From NCBI GenBank assembly GCA_951406725.2, contig OX597837.1, forward strand, positions 4,898,001-4,962,000: a DNA stretch of 64,000 nucleotides. The letters run 5' to 3'. Shown piece by piece: positions 27,133 to 41,214 of the stretch (position 1 is its first letter; each line of letters opens with the position of its first letter). The translations under genes were made by a program, and so were the position numbers. The DNA comes from Octopus vulgaris (lineage: Eukaryota). The notes beneath the pieces were generated by a model. The model was not told where the DNA came from and did not search any database. It was given only the letters and a program-made list of their open reading frames with translations.

Positions 27133-30100
27133 TGTCGGAGCCCTGGGAATAGTGAGTAAAAATCTTGAGAAGTACATGGAATAAATAGGGGCTGCAATAA
27201 GCACTTGCAGAAAACAGCACTGCTTGGAACCGCCTGAATACTCAGGAAGGTGCTCGAAAAATAAGTGGTGTTACCTTAGTTCACTGGTAGTGAACAGCTG
27301 ACACCATAGTACATCTCCAGCGTTAGAAGCTGTGCAAAGGCAATAATAATAATAATAATAATAACAATACTGAAGTGAGAACCAAATATATGGTACATGT
27401 GTTTAACTAGCAAAATGTGACTATTCATAAGTGTGATGGACTCTCCCATCAAAAATAACACGAGTGTTCATTTAGCTTTTGCCGTGGACCCTGCAGAAAG
27501 GATTTGCTTTTTGTGATCAAATGAATGTGCCATACATTAGCTCACTCTCTCCATCAAATCAACATTACCTGAACAGGTGTACAGTGTGTCACACGTTAGG
27601 TGTCAAGATGATCTCGGAGCGACGTGAGATGACGTGTTTAACTCAATAATACAACACACCGCCCGATCTAGGAACTGAAACCACACAACCTTGCGTTCAT
27701 GACTGTAACACCCTAACCACTGAGCCACGCACCCTAACAATAATAATAATAATTATTGTTATTCCTAACATAGGTGCAAAATAATAAATAAGGGCAATTG
27801 TGATCTTACTTGGTCAGACTAGTGAAGGCTTGAAATCCTGCTTTGGAAGCGACCAGTCGACGTAAGGCCTGGAACTGTGCTTCTAAAGCTTCGGAGGTGA
27901 TGTTATCTTGGTCACCCTCGCGTTCAAGTAGACCCGATAGTGCAGCATTTATCAATTTCTCTTTGTTCTCAGCAAATAGGCCCTGGAGGAAGAAATTAGG
28001 GAACAAGAAAAAAAAAAGGATCAAGTTATGAATTTTATTATTTCTTTTTAAAGGGATATGGGGGTTGCGTAATAACTTTACATTCAATAACAAACCAATG
28101 GGGAACAGTTATGAGGTTGTTTGACCTACTGGAAATAACAGCCAAACTTTGATCAATCAACAATCTATTGTCTTTAAAAATAAAAGCATTGGATAATGTA
28201 GTCATTGATGGGGGTGGAAAGTGAGAGGGAAAGAAAAAAATGAGGAAGGCACTTATGCCTGTGCTAGTAGGGTGCCAAGGGCACCATCCAAGCGTGATCG
28301 TTGCCATAGCAGCCAACTGGCTTCCGTACCTGTGGCATGTAAAGGACACCATTTGAACGTGACCATTACCAACGTTGCTTCACTGGCACCTGCGCCGGTG
28401 ACACGTGTAAAAAGATTCAAGCGAGGTCATTGCCAGTATCGCCTGACTGGCCCCCATGCCGGTGGCACATAAAAAGCCCCCACTACACCTCAGAGTGGTT
28501 GGCGTTAGGAAGGGCATCCAGCTGTAGAAACACTGCCAGATCAAGACTGGAGCCTGGTGCAGCCATCTGGCTGGCTCACCAGTCCTCAGTCAAACCATCC
28601 AACCCATGCTAGCATGGAAAGCGGACGTTAAACGACGACGACGATGATGATGATGATGATGATGATGATGATCTGTTGAAATGCAGTGCCTTTCGCTCAA
28701 TTAATTTTGAAAATAAAGAATTTAGTAAAATAACATTCTTTCATTTTTGTAAAGTTCGTTAAGTCGCAACGAAACTTTTAGTAAAAAAATAATAAGTAGG
28801 CAAAGGCGTGGCTGTGTGGTAAGTAGCTTGGTTACCAAGCACATGGTTCCAGGTTCAGTCCCACTGCGTGGCACCTTGGGCAAGTGTTTTCTACTGTAGC
28901 CTCGGGCCGACCATGTGTGTCTGTGTTTGTCCCCCCCAGCATCACTTGACAACCGATGCTGGTGTGTTTACGTCCCCGTAACTTAGCAGTTTGGCAAAAG
29001 AGACCGATAGAATAAGTACTAAGCTTACAAAGAATAAGTTCTGAGGTCGATTTGTTTGACTAAAGGCGGTGCTCCAGCATAGCCACAGTCAATTGACTGA
29101 AACAGATAAACAAAAAAAAAAAAGAAAATGAGTGGAAATTAGACTGGTGTGTGTGTTAAATTAATAAGGCACTAAAAGAGAATGACCCTCCCCAGACACA
29201 ATAAAACCATGTCGTTATTAAATTGGTTTTTGGAACATACATCAACATGAAATATTGATGGAAGGTTTTGATTCATATCACTTTAAAATAGTGTGTCTCA
29301 TATGTCAACACAATCTCAGAGGGTTTGGTATTAAAAGGGCTAAATAATGAAGAAAAGATAATAGCAAAAAAAAGTGCAGTGGTTACTGACATCTTGGGTG
29401 ACGGCATGCATCAGACCACTGTAGGATGTGTTACAGTTGAATCTCTCAACAGCTTCATGGTGACTCATATTGGCTGAAAAACAGAAATATCAGAGGCAGA
29501 TAAGTGGGGAAGTTTAGAACACTTATAATTTACAAAACAGATTGTGTCGTAAACTATAACAGTTTTTATAGTCTGCAGATCTTTTCGGTTTGACCGGCAG
29601 TTTTTAACATAATTTCTAGGTAACTAAAAAATTTAAAACTTCGTATACTGGTAGAATGTGTTTATAAAACATTTTTTTCTGTTGGCTTTGTTGAGAAAAT
29701 TCTATAGTTTGTAAGATATTTGTTGGTTTTTTTTTTTCTTCAATTTCTGCAATTTCAACCAATTAATGACGTCCATTGAGGTAAAAAACATTCTGTGCCG
29801 TATGAATATGTCCCTCGTTTAAGAAAGAGATTGGGTTTATTTACATTTGTGAAGAAAAAAATTATGGGTAACAATTTCATATGACACCACTAGAAAAAAC
29901 TGCCGTTCAAACCGAAAAGATCCTAGTCTGCATAGCTGTGCCATTCAAGACATGTTATATTTTACACAATGCTTCAAGCATTGTTATATATACACAATGC
30001 TTCAAGCAAACTACAATACTCTAGAAAATTACTATTTTTATATCTACTAACGTGAGATATTCAGCAAAAGTACTTTGTAGTAAAGATTGTTTGCCAACGT

Positions 30101-33100
30101 AACATGGCAGTACTGGTTTAGGACGAATGTTGCTGTAATCTAACCCCAGGAGACATCGTCTCCAGCTGGCTATACGACACGATCTGTGTCCTTATATTTT
30201 TGAGTGTGGGTGCTAGATTCCCTTGTTCAAAAATATAAGGACACAGATTGTGTCGTATAGCCAGATGTCTCCTGGGGCTAAATTACAGCAACATTCGTCC
30301 TAAACCAGGACTGCCATGTTATGTTGGCAAACAATCTTTTATACAATACTCTATCATTAATTACAATTATAATAAATTTCCTTCTATATTTAAGAGATGA
30401 GGAATTATGTTCATTATTTACAATTGACGGATATTTGTCCTCATCTTGTTTGTTGCTAAAACAATGTTTCGGCTGATATACCCTCCAGCCCACGGTCATA
30501 TGGCATAGTGGTTAAGAGCGCAGGCTACTAACCCCAAGATTGCAAGTTCAATTCCAGGCACGTAACCTGAATAATAATAATAATAATAATAACAACAAAC
30601 ATCGAAAAAACCCTTAGGAATGAGAACCCAGGTTCGAAATTTCCCCAAGACACCTGATGAAGGCTGGAGAGTGTATCAGCCGAAACGTTGTGTTAACAAC
30701 AAACAAGATGAGGACAAATATCCGTCGAATGTAAATAATGTAAATAATGTATAATAAATTTATTAAACTTACGTGGAGGACTATGAATAAACCTCAAGTG
30801 CTGACTTTCCACTTCTTCATCAACTGGTACTGTGAAGGGACCTAGGAAAATAACAAATAGGACCTAATTTAAAAATGGGGTTTAAGCTAACCAAAAAACA
30901 AAAAAAAAAAATTAAGAAAATTAAAACGTGTCAGGGATGGCGAAGGCATGGGCATGGCTGTGTGGTCAAGAAATTGCTCCATAACCACATGGTTTCAGGT
31001 TCAGTCCTATTGTGTGGCACCTTGGGCCAGTGAAAGCCTTACAAGTGAATCTGGTGGACTAGAAACTGAAAATGTGTGTGTGTGCGTGTGTGTTTGTGTA
31101 TCATCATCATAATCATCGTTTAATGTCAGCTTTCCATGCTAGCATGGGTTGGACGGTTTGACTGAGGACTAGCAAACCAGACGGATGCGCCAGGTTCCAA
31201 TCTGATCTGGCAGAGTTTCTACAGCTGGATGCCCTTCCTAAAGCCATATATATCACTATCGTGATATACTGTGTTGCATGTATGGTGCATATTGTTGTGT
31301 TGCATGTATGGTGCATGTTATGTTGCATGTGATGCACTGTGCTGCATGTGCGGTAGATTGTGTTGCATGTGTTGTGCTGCATGTGGTGCATGCGTTGTGT
31401 TGCATGTGTGGTACATTGTGTTGCATGTGGTACATGTGTTGCCTGTGTGGTGCATTTTGTGTTGTGCTGCATGTGTGGTGCATTGCAGGTATGTTGCATG
31501 TCATTTTGTGCTGTGTTGCATGTGTCTCCGTGTTTTGACACTGAGTGAGAGCCATAAACGATTGCCATGGGAGCAAGGTCATTCATTTCTATATTCTGTT
31601 AAAATATATCTGGCCATCAGGGAATAGTACTTTGCCTGGAAACATGTGAGGGTTGTCAACAGGAAAGGCATGCAGCTATAAAAAACAACCTGTCTCAATA
31701 AACTCCGATGCAGCCCACGGAAACATGGAAAAGTGGACCTTAAAATGATGATGAATCAGTGAAAATTTGTGTTATGACCAACTGGATCAATACAAAAATG
31801 AAAAATTTATGTAAAAAAAAACCCCAAAACAAAACAAAAAATGTTACCCAATCGGTATCCTCTTTTAGTTTGACTCATCTTCACACAAACATCTCGGTTG
31901 CCAGATGCACGGACACCGTCTAACAATGATGCTAATAAGGCATCCCTGTAAATTGAGAGGAGGGAAAATAATTTTAATTAATTAGTTAAAAATCAACTCA
32001 GAAAAGATTTAACTAAACTAATAAATTATAACTGTCACATGTGCAGATCATCTTAGATTTTTAGAATTTAGGGTCTTGTTTAACTGGTTTGTGAGAATGG
32101 TCAATGTAATGTCCAGTGGGGTGAAGTGGGTTATTTTGTGGCCTTTGAAGCAAATTATGGTGTTTTATGGACAGAACAAAATCCCAGACAGGATTGTCCA
32201 CATTGCATTGTTTGTTTATTCTGGTCAAACATGCTGCATGTGGGCAGCTCTAAATACACTGCATATAGATAATTCCAAATGCACTACATGTGGGCAGCTC
32301 CAAAGGTGCTACATGTGGAGCTGCTCCCATTTGTGATGCATGACACTTTCCCCAGTGTGCAACATGAGACTTCTCCCAATGCACAAAATAAGGCAACTTC
32401 AAATGTGCTACATGTGGTGACTCCCAATACACTACATGTGACAACCCCTTGCTTGAGCAGTACCTAACTCCAAATTTACATATGGACAGCTCCAAATGTG
32501 CTGCATGTATGTGGCTTCAAAGGTGTTGCATGCCAGCTACTCCTGGTGTGCTACATGAGACTGTCGCCCCAATGCACCAAATGAAGCAGCTCTAAATGTG
32601 CTACATGTGGTAATTCCCAATATACTACATGTGACAACCGCTTTCTTCAGCAGCATGTAACTCCAAATTCACAGGTGGGCAGCTCCAAATGTGCTCCATG
32701 TATGTAGCTTCAAAGGTGCTGCATGCCAGCTACTCCTGGTATGCTACATGAGACTGTCCCCCAATGCACCAAATGAAGCAGCTCTAAATGTGCTACATGT
32801 GGCAATTCCCAATACGCTACATGTGACAAATCCATGCTTGAGCTGCATATGATATAGATCCAAAAGCACAACAAATGTTTGTGTACCATTCTCTTTCATT
32901 TACACTATCCTCCACAGAAATATTATTCTACAAATAGAGAAGATTTGCTCAAAGGTAGGCAATAGCCTTTCAACAACCAACAATCATTAAAGAACCCCCC
33001 CCACAAAAAAAAAGACTAAAATCCCAAGTGTTTGTCCTTACCTATCGGTTGATTGGTATGTCCTCACATCACCTTTCACGTGTTCAACACTAAATCTCTG

Positions 33101-33539
33101 AGGGTTCTCATTATAACGGATAATAGCAAATATCTGAAGAATACCAGGAAACAAAATAAACGTGTTATAAACCCAAACTCGAATATCAAAGTTTAAAAGG
33201 TTTTAATCGACTAAAAATACAGCAAAATACAATACGAACGAAGATTGCTAAAATTGTAAGCAAAACCAAACTTCAACGCAACAACATTTTCATGCAGCGA
33301 GTTGCTAGATTCTAGACTAACTAAAACCAACGCTGGACATGTCTCTTTTACTCTTTTACTTGTTTCAGTCATTTGACTGCGGCCATGCTGGAGCACCGCC
33401 TTTAATCGAGCAAATCGACCCCGGGACTTATTCTTTGTAAGCCCAGTACTTATTCTATCAGTCTCTTTTTGCCGAACCGCTAAGTGACGGGGACATAAAC
33501 AACACCAGCATCAGTTGTCAAGCAATGCTCGGGAGACAA

Positions 33540-33570
<31 letters not shown>

Positions 33571-36500
33571 CATATATACGACGGGCTTCTTTCAGTTTCC
33601 GTCTACCAAATCCACTCACCAGGCATTGGTCGGCCCGGGGCTATGGCAGAAGACACTTGCCCAAGATGCCACGCAGTGGGACTGAACCCGGAACCATGTG
33701 GTTGTTTAGCAAGCTACTTACCACACAGCCACTCCTGCGCCTATATATGTCGTCTGCAAACAGAATAGAACTCTGTGCAGTCGCACAGCAGGCATATAAC
33801 AGCAATCGAGACAATCAAAATCACGTGATCAACACTAAAATCACAACAAAACAATACACAAAAATGGAAATTTGTTTGTTTTGTTTTGAGGGGTTTTTTT
33901 GTTTTTTTTTTTTCTGGTGAAGGTAAAATGGTGGAGAGGAACAAGAACTGTCCCTGGAGGAAAGGGCAATGGTGAATCAGATTTGATCCTTTCGTAACTA
34001 TGTTTCTAACCAAAATACACCCCTTATGTGTCTCAATTGAATTCTAAAATAATCATGAATTTAGACTGGTTTCACAGAACAACAACTCATCCACAGTGAA
34101 ACATTTCAGAGAATCAAGTAGAACAAAATAGGGGAAAAAAAAATCTCCAAAATTTCAGGGCTCAGATCATCATCATCATCATCATCATCATCGTTTAATG
34201 TCTGCTTTCCATGCTAGCATGGGTTGGACGATTTGACTGAGGTCTGGCGAACCAGATGGCTGCACCAAACTCCAATCTTGATCTGGCAGAGTTTCTACAA
34301 GCTGGATGCCCTTCCTAATGCCAACCACTCCGAGAGTGTAGTGGGTGCTTTTACTTCTTTTTTTTTTTTTTTTGTTAAAATTATTCTTTTCAATTGTCTA
34401 CAAACACAACCAGGCTAAAATAATTAATTCATTCTTCCAGGAGTGAATAAAAAATTTTCCAATTTGAGGGTATGTGCCCCATAGATTCTAACATGGGCCC
34501 CCCTCCCTATATGGATTCTAATGGCGCAGAGGCCCACATGCCATTGGGCAAACTGGCAAGCTGGCCAGTCCGCCACTGCCTGGGCACGACACACGAGAAG
34601 CAAAGTAAATTGATAAAAGAGACTGGTTGCGTACTTACATCACAGAGAGGCTTGCAAGTGACTACATTGTATGTGGCTGGATCACGTTCGACCAAACAGT
34701 TTTCAGTAAGACACAGGGTTCGTCGAACACAATCATTGTGGCGGGGCGAGATTTTCTGGACTACAAATTCTGAGTAGGAAGTTAAACATTCATCCGAACT
34801 GACAAAAGAAGAAAAAAACAAACAAACAAAACAAAATTGAGGAAGAAAGAAAAACAAGAAAAAAACAGGAGAAATAATTTTGACTTGCAAAGTTATTAAC
34901 CCTTTGATACCAACCCGGCTGAAACCGCCTCTGGCTCTTTAGTACAAATGTCTTTTTTTTTCATAAGTTTTGAATTAAAATCTTCCACCAAACCTTAGTC
35001 ACAATTTACATTCCTAACACTAGCTGAATGATAACTAAGTTATTTTACTAAATTCTTTGTTATATTTAAAGTAATTGAAAGAAACACAGAGCATCTCAAC
35101 AGAAATATGGTAACAAAAGGGTTCAAGTCACCATGATATTTTTAACCCCTTTGATACCAACCGGCTGAAACCCTCTGGCTCTTTAGTACAAATGTCTTTT
35201 TTTCATAAGTTTTGAATTAAAATCTTCCACCAAACCTTAGTCACAATTTACATTTTTAACACTAGCTGAATGATAACTAAGTTATTTTACTAAATTCTTT
35301 GTTATATTTAAAGTAATTGAAAGAAACACAGAGCATCTCAACAGAAATATGGTAACAAAAGGGTTCAAGTCACCATGATATTTTTAACCCCTTTGATACC
35401 AACCCGGCTGAAACCGCTCTGGCTCTTAGTACAAATGTCTTGTTTTCATAAGTTTTGAATTAAAATCTTCCACCAAACCTTAGTCACAATTTACATTTTT
35501 AACACTAGTTAATGATAACTAAGTTATTTTACTAAATTCTTTGTTATATTTAAATAATTGAAAGAAACACAGAGCATCTCAACAGAAATATTAACAAAGG
35601 GTTCAAGTCACCATGATATTTTTAACCCTTTTGATACCAACTGGGCTGAAACCGCTCTGGCTCTTTAGTACAAATGTCTTGTTTTCATAAGTTTTGAATT
35701 AAAATCTTCCACCAAACCTTAGTCACAATTTACATTTTTAACACTAGCTGAATGATAACTAAGTTATTTTACTAAATTCTTTGTTATATTTAAAGTAATT
35801 GAAAGAAACACAGAGCATCTCAACAGAAATATGGTAACAAAAGGGTTCAAGTCACCATGATATTTTTAACCCCTTTGATACCAACCCGGCTGAAACCGCT
35901 CTGGCTCTTTAGTACAAATGTCTTTTTTTCATAAGTTTTGAATTAAAATCTTCCACCAAACCTTAGTCACAATTTACATTTTTAACACTAGCTGAATGAT
36001 AACTAAGTTATTTTACTAAATTCTTTGTTATATTTAAAGTAATTGAAAGAAACACAGAGCATCTCAACAGAAATATGGTAACAAAAGGGTTCAAGTCACC
36101 ATGATATTTTTAACCCCTTTGATACCAACCCGGCTGAAACCGCCTCTGGCTCTTTAGTACAAATGTCTTTTTTTCATAAGTTTTGAATTAAAATCTTCCA
36201 CCAAACCTTAGTCACAATTTACATTTTTAACACTAGCTGAATGATAACTAAGTTATTTTACTAAATTCTTTGTTATATTTAAAGTAATTGAAAGAAACAC
36301 AGAGCATCTCAACAGAAATATGGTAACAAAAGGGTTCAAGTCACCATGATATTTTTAACCCCTTTGATACCAACCCGGCTGAAACCGCCTCTGGCTCTTT
36401 AGTACAAATGTCTTTTTTTCATAAGTTTTGAATTAAAATCTTCCACCAAACCTTAGTCACAATTTACATTTTTAACACTATCTGAATGATAACTAAGTTA

Positions 36501-38709
36501 TTTTACTAAATTCTTTGTTATATTTAAAGTAATTGAAAGAAACACAGAGCATCTCAACAGAAATATGGTAACAAAAGGGTTCAAGTCACCATGATATTTT
36601 TAACCCCTTTGATACCAACCCGGCTGAAACCGCCTCTGGCTCTTTAGTACAAATGTCTTTTTTCATAAGTTTTGAATTAAAATCTTCCACCAAACCTTAG
36701 TCACAATTTACATTCCTAACACTAGCTGAATGATAACTAAGTTATTTTACTAAATTCTTTGTTATATTTAAAGTAATTGAAAGAAACACAGAGCATCTCA
36801 ACAGAAATATGGTAACAAAAGGGTTCAAGTCACCATGATATTTTTAACCCTTTGATACCAACCCGGCTGAAACCGGCTCTGGCTCTTTAGTACAAATGTC
36901 TTTTTTCATAAGTTTTGAATTAAAATCTTCCACCAAACCTTAGTCACAATTTACATTCCTAACACTAGCTGAATGATAACTAAGTTATTTTACTAAATTC
37001 TTTGTTATATTTAAAGTAATTGAAAGAAACACAGAGCATCTCAACAGAAATATGGTAACAAAAGGGTTCAAGTCACCATGATATTTTTAACCCCTTTGAT
37101 ACCAACCCGGCTGAAACCGCCTCTGGCTCTTTAGTACAAATGTCTTTTTTTCATAAGTTTTGAATTAAAATCTTCCACCAAACCTTAGTCACAATTTACA
37201 TTCCTAACACTAGCTGAATGATAACTAAGTTATTTTACTAAATTCTTTGTTATATTTAAAGTAATTGAAAGAAACACAGAGCATCTCAACAGAAATATGG
37301 TAACAAAAGGGTTCAAGTCACCATGATATTTTTAACCCCTTTGATACCAACCCGGCTGAAACCGGCTCTGGCTCTTTAGTACAAATGTCTTTTTTTCATA
37401 AGTTTTGAATTAAAATCTTCCACCAAACCTTAGTCACAATTTACATTCCTAACACTAGCTGAATGATAACTAAGTTATTTTACTAAATTCTTTGTTATAT
37501 TTAAAGTAATTGAAAGAAACACAGAGCATCTCAACAGAAATATGGTAACAAAAGGGTTCAAGTCACCATGATATTTTTAACCCCTTTGATACCAACCCGG
37601 CTGAAACCGCCTCTGGCTCTTTAGTACAAATGTCTTTTTTTCATAAGTTTTGAATTAAAATCTTCCACCAAACCTTAGTCACAATTTACATTCCTAACAC
37701 TAGCTGAATGATAACTAAGTTATTTTACTAAATTCTTTGTTATATTTAAAGTAATTGAAAGAAACACAGAGCATCTCAACAGAAATATGGTAATGAAAGG
37801 GTTAATCAATGATGATGATGATGATGATGATTAGTACAAATTCAGACTTAATCAACAAGACCCATGGTCAAATGAATTAACTATGGAATGAAATCAAAGC
37901 TATTGTTACCAATTTTTACTATAATCAAGAAATGATAAAAACATCTATAAATTGAGTTAGCACCTGCAAATCTTGCCGTGTGTGTGTGTTTGTAAATGGG
38001 TAGGAAGATGAGTGAGTGTGTACATGCACATACACACATGCACAAAATAAGCAAAGTCATGGCTGTGTCATTAAGAAGTTTGCTTCACAGCCACATGATC
38101 TCAGGTTCAGGCCCACTGTGTGGCACCTTGGACAGTGTCTTTTACTACGGCCCTGTTATTTATGACATCATTCATGCGTTTGTACTGGTTTTAGTTTTAA
38201 GGTTATAGGATTAGGGTTTTAGGGTTAGGGTTTTAAGGTTAGGGTTTTAGGGTTAGGGTTTTAAGGTTAGGGTTTTAGGGTTAGGGTTGTCATAAATAAG
38301 TGACAAACGAAAAATACACTGCCAGAAATTCTTGTTGACGATATGTGCATCTCTGATCCCGAGCAAAAATAGTGGGGGAGCATCATAGCCGTGTGTTGAA
38401 TGGAATTCTTGGAGGTTTGGTTAATTCACCTTTGGAAATATGGTTCGTTCAACATCCTTAAATTATCCTTATTCAGGGACCTTTTGAGCGGGATAGGCTA
38501 CTTGACCAGAGGATAATTCTAACTGGGCCCCACCTGCAAGGTCATGTGCTGTTTATCCTGATATGAGATCACCATGTCACGCACATATAGTTGTGATGCA
38601 TGTGCCTGGTGTACCCTTATCAGACGGGTAGTCATGATGGGTATACTGGGCTTCGTATATTTTACCCCAGTTTCACTTGATGGCATGCACTGCTCTCCCA
38701 CTCAGTAAT

Positions 38710-38742
<33 letters not shown>

Positions 38743-41182
38743 GTTTACAAACTCACCTGAAATTACCAAATTTGTGGGAAAGAAACTGGTCAAATGTGAT
38801 GGGATCTTTTCTACATTTTACAGAAATTCCAATATTGTTCGCCGCCGAGTCTGCTATACTCTTGATCAGCTGTTCTTTCTGGTCCAGCACAAACAGATGC
38901 TGAAATGACAACAATTATAAATAAAACACGCCACATGAAATATTGATGCTGAAATAGGATTTTGCAATTTCCTAATAGAGCATTAGAATTAGTAATTAAG
39001 ATTTCAATGAAAAATAAATCTTTAAAGGAAGGTTCAAAGTCCTGTTTGAAATTCAGACAATCTTTTGAAGATGAATTTTCTTTTGTGTCATCCATCTGAG
39101 ATGAGCTCAGTTCTATTATATAGGATGTATGTGTGTAAGTATGTGGTATGGTTGCATGGTACATAGGAGACAGGTTCCAGAACCATTTATGCATGATTGT
39201 ATGCAGTCTATTATTTCCCATTTTATATTTGCAATTACATTGTTTTCTTTGAATACCCAAACATGTTTAGACACACCAAAGTAAATTTAAGAAAAAAAAA
39301 GCAGCCTTAACTAGAGTAAATTAAAAAGACGCCTCTTCATCAAAAAACCAACCAATGTAAAAGCGGAAAACAGTCAGGTTCAGTGAAACCATCAAAACGA
39401 TGTATTTACTGCCGACCGATCACCATCCTGTCAATTACATTATGCAATATCTATCATTCCATCCACCATGCAGTAAATTATTTCTGCTGTACTAATTTTG
39501 CATGCTTGTGTGTGTTTCTGTCTATCTAATCATCATCATCGTTTAATGTCCGCTTTCCATGCTAGCATGGGTTGGACGATTTGACTGAGGGCTGGCGAAC
39601 CATATGGCTGCACCAAAATCCAATCTTGATCTGGCAGAGTTTCTACAGCTGGGTGACCTTCCTAACGCCAACTACTCCAAGGGTGTAGTGGATGCTTTTA
39701 CGTGCCACCGGAACGGGGCCATTCAGGCGGTACTGGCAACGACCTTGCTCGAATCTTTTACAGGTGCCAGTGAAGCGATGCTGGTAACGATCACGCTCGA
39801 ATGGTGTCTTTTACATGCCACCGGCACGGAGGCCAGATAGCCGCTCTGGCAACGATCATGCTCAGATGGTGCTCTTAATACCCTACTAGCACAGGGCTTG
39901 AGTGCCAGTAAGGCGACGCTGGTCACGATCACACTCGAAAGGTGCCTTTTAAGTGCCACTGGCACGGATACCAGTTAGCTGCTCTGTCAATGATCACACT
40001 CGTATGGTGCTCTTTGCACCCCGCTAGCACGGACGCCAGTCATTGAATTTGATTTTGATTTCACTTGCCTCAACAGGTCTTCGCAAGCAGAGGTCTTAGC
40101 CAAAACAGCAAACACACACACAAAAACATATACAAGCACATTCACAAACACACACAGCAGAAAATACACACACACACACAAACACCCACACTAACAAATA
40201 CACATACAAAGAAACAAATGCAGGCGCAAAAATGGACAGAGAAGCAAACAGATGCTACATGTGCATGCAGGAACACACATGTGCACCGAAACAGTAACAA
40301 AGGCTAATGGAAACATGACTCACCAATCGACTGTTGCCTCCGTATATCACAGCCACACCCCCTGGGTAATCAGACACCTAATAAAGAGAGACAAAGCGCT
40401 AATTAATTACAGTGAAATGTAACAATGTGTTAAATTAGATATTCACATGCATACATACATATTCATATATATATATATTTCTTTACTACCCACAAGGGGC
40501 TAAACACAGAGGGGACAAACAAGGACAGACAAACGGATTAAGTCGATTATATCGACCCCAGTGCGTAACTGGTCCTTAATTTATCGACCCTGAAAGGATG
40601 AAAGGCAAAGTCGACCTCGGCGGAATTTGAACCCAGAACGTAACGGCAGACGAAATGCGGCTACGCAATTCGCCCGGCGTGCTAGCGATTCTGCCAGCTT
40701 GCCGCCTTCTGCCAGCTCGCCGCCTTCTGCCAGCTCGCCGCCTTCTGCCAGCTCGCCGCCTATCTGCCAGCTCGCCGCCTAAATTCATATATATATATAT
40801 ATACAAGCATACATGTACAGTGGAGGCGCAATGGCCCAGCGGTTAGGGCAGCGAACTTGCGGTCACAGGATCGTGGTTTCGATTCCCAGTCCGGGCATTG
40901 TGAGTGTTTATTGAGCGAAAACACCTAAAAGCTCCACGAAGCTCCGGAAGAGTGTAGTGGTGATCCCTGCTGTACTCTTTCACCATAACTTTCTCTCACT
41001 CTTTCTTCTGTTGAAATCTTTATCTCTAATTAGTGGTTTGGACTTTAGTTGTTCCTTCTAGCATAAGGGAGTCCTATGATGGACACCTCTTATGTTTTTA
41101 AATGTACACTGTATTTTATATCTCTTTCCTGGATAGGAACTTTCCAGTTGTCAACTCTGAATGATGGAAGCTAGAGAGAGAG

Positions 41183-41214
<32 letters not shown>

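Noticed and set aside
34896-37805. CRISPR-like regular array
   Set aside because: The spacers are identical rather than unique, the units are ~244 bp, the context is eukaryotic and there are no cas genes.
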